In this document: in pieces, positions 44,792 to 54,410 of the stretch
How the letters are laid out: each line of letters opens with the position of its first letter
Position numbering within the stretch: the stretch's first letter is position 1
DNA from: Bryobacterales bacterium
GTDB taxonomy: Bacteria; Acidobacteriota; Terriglobia; Bryobacterales; Bryobacteraceae
Reading direction: 5' to 3'
Length of the DNA: 64,000 bases
Assembly: GCA_043755435.1 (NCBI GenBank)
Contig: JAYUSZ010000181.1
Location: forward strand, 3,228-67,227
Translations under genes and position numbers: made by a program
Notes under the pieces: generated by a model
Database searches by the model: none
What the model saw: only the letters and a program-made list of their open reading frames with translations
What the model was told of the DNA's origin: nothing

Positions 44792-47700
44792 ATGAAACAC
44801 TCGCTTCTGGTCTTATTGGCCATTCCCATGTTGTGTCTAGCCCAGTACGATACCTCGACGATTCTAGGCACTGTGAAAGATCCTTCGGGTTCACAAGTCC
44901 CTTCCGCCAAGGTCACCCTCGAGAATACTCAAACCGGCGTCAAGCAAGTCGCCAGTTCGGACCCCTCGGGTAATTTTCTCTTCCTAAACCTCCGCATTGG
45001 TACTTATAGAGTTAGCGCCGAAATGCAAGGATTCAAGAAAGTCAGTTCCGAAGTATTCACCCTTGTTGTGAATGCTCGTCAACGTGTGGATCTCACACTG
45101 GAAGTTGGCAATGTAACAGAGAGTGTCACCGTGACTGGTTCTGCGAATCTGCTTGAAACAGATTCAAGTGACCGCGGCCAAGTGATCACCCGCGAGGCGA
45201 TCATCAATCTGCCGTTGAACGGTCGCGCATACGCTGATCTGGCACTGCTCTCGCCTGGCGTTAGAAAATCGAATATCGCCAACCGCGATGCGTCTTTCAA
45301 CGTGAACGGCCTGCGTAGTTCCTTAAACAATTTCATGGTTGATGGTGTGGACAACAACGCCTACGGCACATCGAACCAAGGTTTTTCCAACCAAGTGGTG
45401 CAGTTGACTCCAGACGCAGTACAGGAATTTAAGGTGCAAACCAACAACTTTTCAGCGGAGTATGGCCGTGCTGGTGGTGCCGTTATCAACGCCTCTGTTC
45501 GCAGCGGAACGAATCAGTTCCATGGTTCAGTTTGGGAGTATTTGCGAAACACCAAGTTGAACGCAGTGGGCTTCTTCAAACCGAGTACTGGCAAGCCAAC
45601 TTTAGTGCAGAACCAGTTTGGCGGCGCACTTGGCGGCCCTATTAAGAAGGACAAGATGTTCATCTTCGGCGATTACGAAGGCTTCCGGCGAGTCGATCGC
45701 ACTTTGCAATTTGCAAGCCTGCCTTCGGCCGATCAGCGCGTAGGCCGCATTGGTGTTCCAGTGCGCAACCCATTCACAGGCGATGTTTACTCCGATGGCG
45801 TAATTCCGGCCAACGTGATTACTCCGTTTGCCAAGCGCGTGTTGGGTGACCTTCCCGCTGCAATTCGCAACACCAATACTGGTGCGCTTCCTTCTAACAA
45901 TTGGGATTTTCTCACGCCAACAACATGGCAGGACGATAAAGGCGATGTACGCTTCGACTATTATGTTTCATCGAAACTGAACGCCTTTGGCCGCTATAGT
46001 CATCGTCTGTTGAATCGTGTGGAGAACAGCGTGATTCCTGGTCCTTCCGGCGGTGATGCCAACGGGTTCGTCCGGGTGCTGAATCAGCAAACAGCGGTGG
46101 GTTTTAACTATAACGTTTCGCCAACTTCCTTGATAGATTTTCGAATTGCCGTCTCCACCTTTGAAGGTGGGAAGAGCGCGTTGGGCGGTGAACGGAAGAA
46201 CATGCTGGAGGAGTACGGAATCCCTGGTCTGCCCGATAAGCCAGAAATTGGTGGTGGTCTGACCAGGCAGGGAGTAACTGGGTTCACGGCCTTCGGACGT
46301 CAAAGCTCAAACCCGCAATTCCAGAATCCAACGACTATTAATCCAAAAGTGAATTACTCCAAGGTGCTCCGCCGTCATTCGTTGAAAGCTGGCTACGAGT
46401 ATCAAGCAATCAACACAGATATTTTGGATTTCAATCCGCAATATGGCCAGGACGATTACGCCGGCCAGTTCTCTCGCCCAACTACATCGCCTGCGACCAA
46501 CCTGTATAACTTGGCCGATTTCATGTTTGGCGCTCGTTCCGCATACAGCCTCAACAACGCAGTGGTCCTCAATTACCGTCAGCGTATGCACTTCGGCTAT
46601 CTGCAGGACGACTTCAAGGTGAACGCCAAACTTACCCTAAACCTGGGCGTACGCTACGAATTCGCCACTCCTCAATACGAGGCAACCAACCGTTTGGCGA
46701 ACTTCGATCCGGCTACCAAAACCCTTATCCAAGCCAAAGCAGGCGGCCTTTACGATCGTGCCTTGGTCAACCCTGACCGCAACAACTTTGGTCCTCGTTT
46801 CGGCATGGCTTACCAGTTCAATAGCAAGACGGCAATTCGCGCGGGCTATGGATTGAGTTACGTCCATTTCAATCGCCTGGGCGGAGAGAACCTCTTGGGT
46901 TACAACGGACCCAGCATTGTCAACCTGACCATCAACCAGTTACCAACCTTACCTGCTTGCGCTGCTCAACAATTCCGCAACTGCTTCCGTACAACTCAGC
47001 AAGGCTATCCAACCGGTCTGGTGGATCCTTCCAGTTTTTCCACAGCACTTACACGCACTAACTACACTCCATCTGACTATCGCTCCAGCGACGTGCAAAG
47101 TTACCACTTCACAGTCCAGCGCGAGCTTGCTAGTAACCTGGTGCTGGATGTTGCTTATGTGGGTAATCGGTCTAGAGGGCTGATGATTTTAGGAGACTTC
47201 AATCAGGCGCGGCCAAATGCAATAGGCGAAAATGCTTCACTCATTTCGCGCCGCCCCATTCAAGGCTTCGATTTTATTCAGGTGTCTTTCGGCGGAGGCT
47301 TTGCCAATTACAACTCACTGCAAGCCAAAATAGAGAAGCGCTATTCGAACGGGTTCTACTTACTAAACAGTTTCACGTGGTCGAAGGCGATTGATAACGC
47401 TGGTGGCCATCTGGAGACATTCAACGGTGATAATTCGCGAATCAATTACCGCAATCTTCCCAGTGAAAAGGGGCAAGGAAGTTACAACCAACCTCTCAAT
47501 AACACCACCTCATTCGTTTATGAACTCCCTTATGGCAAAGGCCGCCGCTTCGGTAGCAGCACTAACGGATTCATGGATGCAATCCTCGGTGGCTGGCGCC
47601 TCAGTGGTATCCATATTGCACAGAGCGGCCAGCCCATCAACATCAGTTATTCGGCGCCCAGCCAATTCCAAGTATCTGGAGCACCAACTTACAGGCCCAA

Positions 47701-48070
47701 CTATGTAGGCGGAAACGTCTACGCCCCAGAAGGAACTGCGCAACGCTACCTGAACCCGGCCGCGGTGATTGCACCGAACGTGCAGAATCCAAACGACCCT
47801 TCCCAACCATTCGGCACGTTGGGCCGCAATGTGGGTCGTAGCGAATCAATCTTTCAATTTGATGGCGGTGCTCACAAGGCTTTTTCAATACCAAAAAGTG
47901 AAAACATGAAGCTTGAGTTCCGTGCGGAGTTTTTCAATTTGTTCAACACGACTAATTGGGGTGCTCCAAACGCGAACGTTTCCAATACAAATTACGGCAC
48001 AATTACCAGCTACGCATACCCAGCTATTCCGGCGCGGCAAATTCAGTTTGCTTTGCGGTTTTCTTTCTGA
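44792..48070 (+). CDS. TonB-dependent outer-membrane receptor with carboxypeptidase-regulatory-like domain
   Basis: Signal peptide CLAQ, ILGTVKDPSGSQVPSAKVTL, plug (DRGQVITREAIINLP), barrel, terminal ALRFSF. Confidence 0.85.
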   Translation: MKHSLLVLLAIPMLCLAQYDTSTILGTVKDPSGSQVPSAKVTLENTQTGVKQVASSDPSGNFLFLNLRIGTYRVSAEMQGFKKVSSEVFTLVVNARQRVDLTLEVGNVTESVTVTGSANLLETDSSDRGQVITREAIINLPLNGRAYADLALLSPGVRKSNIANRDASFNVNGLRSSLNNFMVDGVDNNAYGTSNQGFSNQVVQLTPDAVQEFKVQTNNFSAEYGRAGGAVINASVRSGTNQFHGSVWEYLRNTKLNAVGFFKPSTGKPTLVQNQFGGALGGPIKKDKMFIFGDYEGFRRVDRTLQFASLPSADQRVGRIGVPVRNPFTGDVYSDGVIPANVITPFAKRVLGDLPAAIRNTNTGALPSNNWDFLTPTTWQDDKGDVRFDYYVSSKLNAFGRYSHRLLNRVENSVIPGPSGGDANGFVRVLNQQTAVGFNYNVSPTSLIDFRIAVSTFEGGKSALGGERKNMLEEYGIPGLPDKPEIGGGLTRQGVTGFTAFGRQSSNPQFQNPTTINPKVNYSKVLRRHSLKAGYEYQAINTDILDFNPQYGQDDYAGQFSRPTTSPATNLYNLADFMFGARSAYSLNNAVVLNYRQRMHFGYLQDDFKVNAKLTLNLGVRYEFATPQYEATNRLANFDPATKTLIQAKAGGLYDRALVNPDRNNFGPRFGMAYQFNSKTAIRAGYGLSYVHFNRLGGENLLGYNGPSIVNLTINQLPTLPACAAQQFRNCFRTTQQGYPTGLVDPSSFSTALTRTNYTPSDYRSSDVQSYHFTVQRELASNLVLDVAYVGNRSRGLMILGDFNQARPNAIGENASLISRRPIQGFDFIQVSFGGGFANYNSLQAKIEKRYSNGFYLLNSFTWSKAIDNAGGHLETFNGDNSRINYRNLPSEKGQGSYNQPLNNTTSFVYELPYGKGRRFGSSTNGFMDAILGGWRLSGIHIAQSGQPINISYSAPSQFQVSGAPTYRPNYVGGNVYAPEGTAQRYLNPAAVIAPNVQNPNDPSQPFGTLGRNVGRSESIFQFDGGAHKAFSIPKSENMKLEFRAEFFNLFNTTNWGAPNANVSNTNYGTITSYAYPAIPARQIQFALRFSF

Positions 48071-48100
48071 TCAAGATTGCAGTCGCGCAGAGTTAAGTTA

Positions 48101-48130
48101 GAAATGGCCAATCTTTGAGTTGGCCATTTC
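48101..48130 (+). terminator. Hairpin downstream of the receptor gene (possible terminator)
   Basis: GAAATGGCCAA (48101-48111) / TTGGCCATTTC (48120-48130) with an 8-nt loop. No clear T-tract follows. Confidence 0.45.
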
Positions 48131-48255
48131 CACTTGATGACAGCATGTCTTGGGTACTTGAGCGCTTGACTCAGCCCCACCCCAAGCGATATCATTCCAA
48201 CACTATTTGAATTTGAGCATCCACAGGTCCTAACTTGCGGATGATGGGAGATTTT

Positions 48256-51200
48256 ATGAACAGGCAAAGTTTGCTTGCCACTGTGCTTTCTTTATTGGCA
48301 GTGCTGCCATTAGCTAACGCTCAATCCGTAACCGGCCAGATATATGGCGTGGTTGCCGATTCCACCGGTGCCGTTGTCAGCGGTGCCACCATTAAATTAA
48401 CCAATGATAATTCTCAGGCTGTCATCAGCTACGAAACGGCGGCTAATGGATCGTTCGCTTTCATCGGGCTCTTCCCGGCTGTTTACAACCTTAAGGTTTC
48501 TCACCCAGGGTTCAAGAGCTATGAACAGAAAAACATCCGTGTGAATACACAGGAGCGCGTCGATCTCAACGCGATCAAGTTGGAAGTTGGCGACATCACA
48601 ACATCCATCGCCGTAGAGGCATCGGCAGTTCGTGTTGCGACGGATAGTTCCGACCGCGCCATCTCCATTGGGCTTCGGCAAATTGAAGACACTCCTACAC
48701 GTGGACGCAACCCTCTCTCTCTAGTAATGACCTTGCCTGGCGTGCAAACGCTGGCCGGTAACGATTTCCGTGGCTGGTCCGGCGGCGGCATCCCCGCAGT
48801 AAACGGCGGCCGAAATGGTCAAATAATTTTGAATCTGGACGGCGTAGCCAGTCAGGATTCCGGCAACCTGAATCCCGGCTACATGTCACCCAGTATCGAT
48901 GCCATCGGCGAAGTGAAGCTACTGGTTTCTAACTATACGGCGGAGTACGGCGGACGCACCGGCGGCCAGTTGACATTTACCATTAAAGGCGGCACACCAC
49001 AATTTCATGGAACCGCCTACTATTACATGCGGCATGAAATGTTCAACGCGAACGAGTTCTTCAACAACAAGAACAAAGTCCAAATACAGAAGTACCGCTA
49101 TCAGAATCCTGGCGGAACATTTGGTGGCCCACTGCTCATTCCAGGCACAAGGTTTAATAAGGATCGGCAGAAGCTGTTCTTCTTTTTCTCATGGGATCAA
49201 CTGCGCAATAAGAACACCATCAACAATACATATACGATGCCCTCCGCACTGGAGCGTGCTGGTGACTTCTCCAGAACAGTTACAACCGCTGGCATTCAAG
49301 TCCCAATCTTCGATCCGCTAACGCAAGCCGTTTTCCCTGGAAACATCATCCCAGCCAGCCGCATCAGCCCACAAGGCCAAGCCATGTTGAACCTTTTCCC
49401 GTTGCCCGATCCACAAGGCTTGTCACTTGATCCAACTGGCAACCGCGGCTTTAACTTCCGCAATATCTTGCCGCAATCGCGCCCCAACGTAGGCAAGGTT
49501 CTACGTGTGGATTACAACATCAGTTCCAAGTTGCAAACATTTGTCCGATTGCTGAATGATTATCAGGCTGTAGACGGCTATGCAGGCACTGTTGGCCCTT
49601 CCGGCGGCAATTGGGGCCAGTTCCCGCACAGCTATCACGTTCAGGCTGCTGGTGCAGTTGGAACGCTGATCTACACCATATCGCCAACCATGATCAACGA
49701 ATTCAGCTATGGTTTGAATCGAGGTAAACAGGGTGTGAATCCGCTGGACGATGCTAGCGGAAACAAATCCGTGGGCGGAACCAGAACATATGCGGACAAC
49801 CTACTCCCGTTGAAAGACTCAAGCGGCAAACCACTTACACTGCCTCGCATCTTCCCATCCAGCAACATCCTAAACATCCTTCCTCAGGTGAATTTCGGAC
49901 TCCCCTCCGGTTTCGCAGCACAATCTTCGGGCCAAGGTATTTCGGCAGCCCCAAATTTCGGTCACGATTCCCGTTGGCCATTCGTGGGCACCGATCTGGT
50001 CCAATCCATCCAGAACAAAATCACTTGGGTTAAAGGTTCGCACAACGTAAAGGCAGGCATCTATGTTGAGCGGATGGCTCGTAACGTCAGTGTTTATTCG
50101 GTCTACAACACAGGCGGAACTTACTATTTCGGTTCCGATAGATCGTCTTCCTTCGACACAAATTACCCATACTCAAATGCGTTGCTGGGCAGCATCTTCG
50201 CCTACGGAGACGATAACAAGAAGCAAGTGAATCACGCCCACTACACTCAAGTGGAATGGTTCCTGCAAGACACTTGGAGAGCCACCCGCCGCTTAACTCT
50301 TGATTACGGCTTGCGGATGTATAGGGTCGGCGATTTGCACTCCTCAGGTGGAACTCTTGGTTTGTTCAGCAAGGAAGAATACAGCGCCAGCAAGTCTGGC
50401 CAACTCATTTTCCCAACCTTGATCAATGGCCAGCGTGCCGCCATTAACCCAGCCACAGGTGCCACGTTCCCTTACGTCCGGCAGGGTACGTTCGACACTG
50501 CTTCCTACACTGGTCTACCGTTTTCGGGCATCAAGCAGTATGACACCCACTTCTTCAAAGTTCCGCCGATTCAATATGGACCTCGGGCTGGCTTCGCCTA
50601 CGATGTTTTTGGAAACGGCAAAACTGCGGTTCGTGGCGGTGCAGGCATTTCCGTGGGCCGTAATTGGACCGTGGATTTCATTGGAGCTTTAGGTGCTGGA
50701 ACAGGCCCGTTGGCCGCTCCTCCTAATTTCCAGGCACCAGTGATTCTCTACACCAACTTCTCAAATCTTGCCAACGCTCAACCATTCTTCACGCCTCAAA
50801 ACGTGGTTGGTGGAGGACAGGATGAGAAGGTCCAGACAACTTACAACTGGAGTTTCGGCATTCAGCATGATCTAGGCAAGGGGATGATTATGGATGTCTC
50901 CTACGTGGGCAATGCGTTGCGCCATGGTTATGGCCAAGGTATCGATTTCAACGCTGTGCGACCGCTGACCACCTGGAACCCCAAGGATGGACCGAACCCA
51001 AGGTTCCGTGATCCAACCAGCACTGGATTCTATTCCACGAACTTGATCCGATCACAAGTGGGATATGTTGGCTTCGGCGCGATTCCGATCTGGACTTACA
51101 AAGACACAAGTTCCTATAACGCATTGCAGGTTCAATTGAATCGACGTTTTGGCAATCTGCAATGGAACGCCAACTATACCTGGTCGCACACGCTTATTTA

Positions 51201-51873
51201 TGACACTGGCCAGGGGGCCCAATGGGTGGATACGAAGTTAACCAAAAACACCGTGAACCGTCCACACGCAGTAAACTTCAACATGGGCTACGAATTGCCG
51301 AAGCTTAGCAACATGTGGAAAAACGGCATAGCCAAGTTTATTGGTGACAGTTGGAAGGTGAACGGCAACGGTGCCATCTTCTCCGGCAGTCCCTATACCA
51401 TCGGCTGTGGGGCACAGAACGCACCCATTGGTTATTGGACAGGAACACCAACCGGTGGCATTCCTTTCCGCTGCCAGATGGGAAGCAACGTCTATCTGCC
51501 TGAAGGGCAGTTCCCTTCAGCAACGGAAGATCCCCGCTTGCAAGTTCCTTTCAACAGGGCAAACTTCACACTACCAGCCATCGATTCGCTGGGCATTGGC
51601 AACACGCCTCCAACTCTGCGGTATGGTCCTGGAGCGTTCAACCTCGACATGTCCTTGGCCAAGAACTTCAAGTTCGGCCGGGAAGATCGTTATGGCATGG
51701 AATTCAGAGTGGAGACCTTTAACACTTTGAACCATTTCAATCCTAACAACCCGAACACAGGTCTGAATTACAACTTCGCGACTGGCGCACAAACCAACGC
51801 AGCCTTTGGAACCATCCAAGGTGCGCAGGTGCAGGCACGCCGGGCGATTATGTCGTTGCGGTTTAGATTCTAA
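48256..51873 (+). CDS. TonB-dependent outer-membrane receptor, paralogue of 27603-31208
   Basis: ATG 48256 with GGGAG 6 nt upstream (the track starts at TTG 48235). Signal peptide ANAQ, and collinear similarity to the 27603 gene along the whole length. Terminal SLRFRF. Confidence 0.85.
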   Translation: MNRQSLLATVLSLLAVLPLANAQSVTGQIYGVVADSTGAVVSGATIKLTNDNSQAVISYETAANGSFAFIGLFPAVYNLKVSHPGFKSYEQKNIRVNTQERVDLNAIKLEVGDITTSIAVEASAVRVATDSSDRAISIGLRQIEDTPTRGRNPLSLVMTLPGVQTLAGNDFRGWSGGGIPAVNGGRNGQIILNLDGVASQDSGNLNPGYMSPSIDAIGEVKLLVSNYTAEYGGRTGGQLTFTIKGGTPQFHGTAYYYMRHEMFNANEFFNNKNKVQIQKYRYQNPGGTFGGPLLIPGTRFNKDRQKLFFFFSWDQLRNKNTINNTYTMPSALERAGDFSRTVTTAGIQVPIFDPLTQAVFPGNIIPASRISPQGQAMLNLFPLPDPQGLSLDPTGNRGFNFRNILPQSRPNVGKVLRVDYNISSKLQTFVRLLNDYQAVDGYAGTVGPSGGNWGQFPHSYHVQAAGAVGTLIYTISPTMINEFSYGLNRGKQGVNPLDDASGNKSVGGTRTYADNLLPLKDSSGKPLTLPRIFPSSNILNILPQVNFGLPSGFAAQSSGQGISAAPNFGHDSRWPFVGTDLVQSIQNKITWVKGSHNVKAGIYVERMARNVSVYSVYNTGGTYYFGSDRSSSFDTNYPYSNALLGSIFAYGDDNKKQVNHAHYTQVEWFLQDTWRATRRLTLDYGLRMYRVGDLHSSGGTLGLFSKEEYSASKSGQLIFPTLINGQRAAINPATGATFPYVRQGTFDTASYTGLPFSGIKQYDTHFFKVPPIQYGPRAGFAYDVFGNGKTAVRGGAGISVGRNWTVDFIGALGAGTGPLAAPPNFQAPVILYTNFSNLANAQPFFTPQNVVGGGQDEKVQTTYNWSFGIQHDLGKGMIMDVSYVGNALRHGYGQGIDFNAVRPLTTWNPKDGPNPRFRDPTSTGFYSTNLIRSQVGYVGFGAIPIWTYKDTSSYNALQVQLNRRFGNLQWNANYTWSHTLIYDTGQGAQWVDTKLTKNTVNRPHAVNFNMGYELPKLSNMWKNGIAKFIGDSWKVNGNGAIFSGSPYTIGCGAQNAPIGYWTGTPTGGIPFRCQMGSNVYLPEGQFPSATEDPRLQVPFNRANFTLPAIDSLGIGNTPPTLRYGPGAFNLDMSLAKNFKFGREDRYGMEFRVETFNTLNHFNPNNPNTGLNYNFATGAQTNAAFGTIQGAQVQARRAIMSLRFRF

Positions 51874-51890
51874 TTCGGTAGCAGTAAATC

Positions 51891-51930
51891 AAAAGGCGGG
51901 CAGAGTTTAAGAACTCTGCCCGCCTTTTTA
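51891..51930. terminator. Bidirectional rho-independent terminator
   Basis: 13-bp perfect stem GGCGGGCAGAGTT (51895-51907) / AACTCTGCCCGCC (51912-51924) with a 4-nt loop. It is flanked by AAAA and TTTTT and lies between convergent genes. Confidence 0.85.
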
Positions 51931-51936
51931 TTCCCC

Positions 51937-52587
51937 TCACCCAATAATCCCTTTCCTCACTGCATACAAAATCAACTCCGGCACCGAATGCAATCCCAAC
52001 TTCTGCATCAAATTCGTGCGATGCGTTTCCACTGTATACGCACTCAAATTCAACAACGCCGCTGATTCTTTATTCGACTTACCTTCCGCCGCCAATTGCA
52101 GCACTTCCCGCTCCCGTGGAGTTAGTAAGTCGTAACTATCCTCTATCCCCCGCTGCCGCAAGTTCTGTACATAATCCTCCAGCAACATCTTACTCACCGC
52201 CGCACTAAAGTACGACTTCCCGGTAACCACAGTCCGAATCGCCTGAATCAGATCCGCCTCTGCAGAATCCTTCAGTAAATACCCCTTTGCCCCGGCCTTC
52301 AATGCCCGCATCACGTAACTCTCATCGGAGTGCATGCTCAGCACTACCACCGCCACCTTCGGCAGCGCCGTTGTAATCTGCCGCGTCGCCTCAATGCCAT
52401 TCAAATTCGGCATCGCCACGTCCATCACAATCGCATCGGGCTGCAACGATTCCGCTAGTTGAATCGCCTTTCTGCCATCCTCGGCTTCCCCCACAACCTC
52501 GAAATCCGCCTGCCGCTCCAGCAGTAACTTCAAACCCAGACGGATCACTGTATGGTCATCCGCCAGTAAGATGCGAATTTTCGTCAA
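51937..52587 (-). CDS. NarL/LuxR-family two-component response regulator
   Basis: Receiver start KIRILLADDH and a C-terminal LuxR HTH (LTPREREVLQLAAEGKSNKESAALLNLSAYTVETHRTNLMQKLG). The TTG start overlaps the kinase stop (TTGA). Confidence 0.9.
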   Translation of the reverse strand: MTKIRILLADDHTVIRLGLKLLLERQADFEVVGEAEDGRKAIQLAESLQPDAIVMDVAMPNLNGIEATRQITTALPKVAVVVLSMHSDESYVMRALKAGAKGYLLKDSAEADLIQAIRTVVTGKSYFSAAVSKMLLEDYVQNLRQRGIEDSYDLLTPREREVLQLAAEGKSNKESAALLNLSAYTVETHRTNLMQKLGLHSVPELILYAVRKGIIG

Positions 52588-53942
52588 AGTGGCAGCTCCA
52601 CAGCAATATCAGTGCCCTGACCTACAATCGAATCCACCCGCAGAATCCCTTTCAAGTGCCGCACTCGCTCCTCCATCCCAATCAGACCCAGCCCCCGAGT
52701 CTTGCTGGTATCGAACCCTTTCCCATTGTCTTCAATCTTCACCCGGAGCCGTTCAGGCTGCTCCTCCACATGGATCTTCACGTTCGTAGCGGCCGAATGC
52801 TTCGCCGCATTATTCAGTGCTTCCTGCACCAACCTATAGATACAAGTCTTATGTTCATCCGGCAAAGTATCCGGTAAGTCTTCAGCCTCAACAGTTACGT
52901 TCATCCCCGTCCGCCTACTCATTTCCCGAGCCTGCCAATGCAACGCCGGCACTAAACCAAAGTCATCCAGCATGGAAGGGCGCAATAGTAACGACATGTT
53001 ACGGACTGCATTCACACTGCTCTCTCCCAACTTACGCGCCGATTGCAGCCGCACCGCCAAAACCTGCTGATCCGCAGGAACCTCAGCCGCTACGTTCCCC
53101 AATTCCACTAACAGCGCCGAGAGTGTTTGCCCCACTTCATCGTGCAATTCGCGCGAAATGTTCCGCCGCTCTTCCTCCTGCGCATCTACTAACCGCCTGG
53201 ACAACGCTTCCAAATTCTCCTGCCCTGCCTGAATTTCCTGATACCTTCGCCCAAGATCTTGCTCCAGGCTAAGAATGTTGCGACTCGTCCAGGTGCCCAG
53301 GAATAGCGCCAAGCAAAGCGTTGCCCCAAGGATCCAGAACATGCGCCGCGTGAACGCTTCAAACAGCCGTTCCGATTGCACTCGGCCTGCCTCCAACTGC
53401 TGGCCATTCAACACACCAACAGATTCAGCCACACTCAACAATCGCGCTCGCTGCGGAAGCAATCGTCTCGCCAAAAATTCATAACCGTATTGACGTCTTT
53501 CCAGCGGTGTCCAATCAAACACCGGCAATAGCCCATTCCAATATTCCGAAATGCTCACCTGCAGTGCCCGCTCCGCTTCAGGCACAGCTCCATGAAGATA
53601 TTGCAGGGCCACATCAATTTCAGCCTTGGTTTTTAGGAGATTTTGTAAGTGGTCAGCAGCATTCTGCGGATCAGGATCCACCAGATAATCCCGTGCATAT
53701 ACCGCCGAAAGAACAATCGACCAGCGAATCCGTTCCAACGCTATGTTGCGTTGCAGGAATCCGCCGTAAATGCTGACGTCATTTTCCTGCACCTGCCGGA
53801 TGGCGGCAATTGCATAGATGCCAGCAAGCGCCATCAATAGTGCCATGCCGCCAAAGCCCGCCACCAGCAGCCAGCGTGACCCACCGGGCCGGTACGTGCT
53901 CGAATCCAATTTTGCCACCCAGTGCCAGTGTACCGGATCCAC
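52584..53942 (-). CDS. Sensor histidine kinase (HisKA_3 type, NarX/LiaS-like)
   Basis: Two TM segments flank a periplasmic region. H-box is RRNISRELHDEVGQTLSAL, with a C-terminal HATPase_c (DNGKGF, GLGLIGMEERV). GTG start at 53942. Confidence 0.85.
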   Translation of the reverse strand: MDPVHWHWVAKLDSSTYRPGGSRWLLVAGFGGMALLMALAGIYAIAAIRQVQENDVSIYGGFLQRNIALERIRWSIVLSAVYARDYLVDPDPQNAADHLQNLLKTKAEIDVALQYLHGAVPEAERALQVSISEYWNGLLPVFDWTPLERRQYGYEFLARRLLPQRARLLSVAESVGVLNGQQLEAGRVQSERLFEAFTRRMFWILGATLCLALFLGTWTSRNILSLEQDLGRRYQEIQAGQENLEALSRRLVDAQEEERRNISRELHDEVGQTLSALLVELGNVAAEVPADQQVLAVRLQSARKLGESSVNAVRNMSLLLRPSMLDDFGLVPALHWQAREMSRRTGMNVTVEAEDLPDTLPDEHKTCIYRLVQEALNNAAKHSAATNVKIHVEEQPERLRVKIEDNGKGFDTSKTRGLGLIGMEERVRHLKGILRVDSIVGQGTDIAVELPL

Positions 53943-54052
53943 CAGCGATTACCCATACCGGCGAGACTGTAGATGGGCGACTTTCCCGTCGGCGATCCAA
54001 ACTCACATTCGCACTCCTACGCCGCAGAACAATGACCCTGGTTCTCACTGGA

Positions 54053-54093
54053 GATAGATCCGGGAAGATAGATCCGGGAGGATAGATCCGGGA
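54053..54093. repeat. Three tandem 14-bp-period direct repeats
   Basis: GATAGATCCGGGA at 54053-54065, 54067-54079 and 54081-54093, separated by single nucleotides. They lie in the kinase/smc divergent intergenic region. Confidence 0.9.
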
Positions 54094-54410
54094 CGGTGGT
54101 AACTACCCTGACCCCGCATCTTCCAAGGCAATTACACCCGCCAGTCCTAAGTTTCCTTCAACTTGCACCAAACCTCTCGTCCAATGCTTTGCTACAATCC
54201 TGTAACAGATTCCAAACAAAGGAATTTCGCCTTATCCCCGCAACATGTTGTATCTATTTCAAAAAGACCACTAGAAGATGTGGTTCACGTGCTTGCTTTT
54301 TGCCTTAGGCCGGTTTACTATTACCTCATCCCCCGAGCGGCTGAAACTCTCTCGTCTTAAGAGAATTCAGACCGGAATCACAAATTTAAAACAAGAAGAG
54401 GGCTTAAGCC

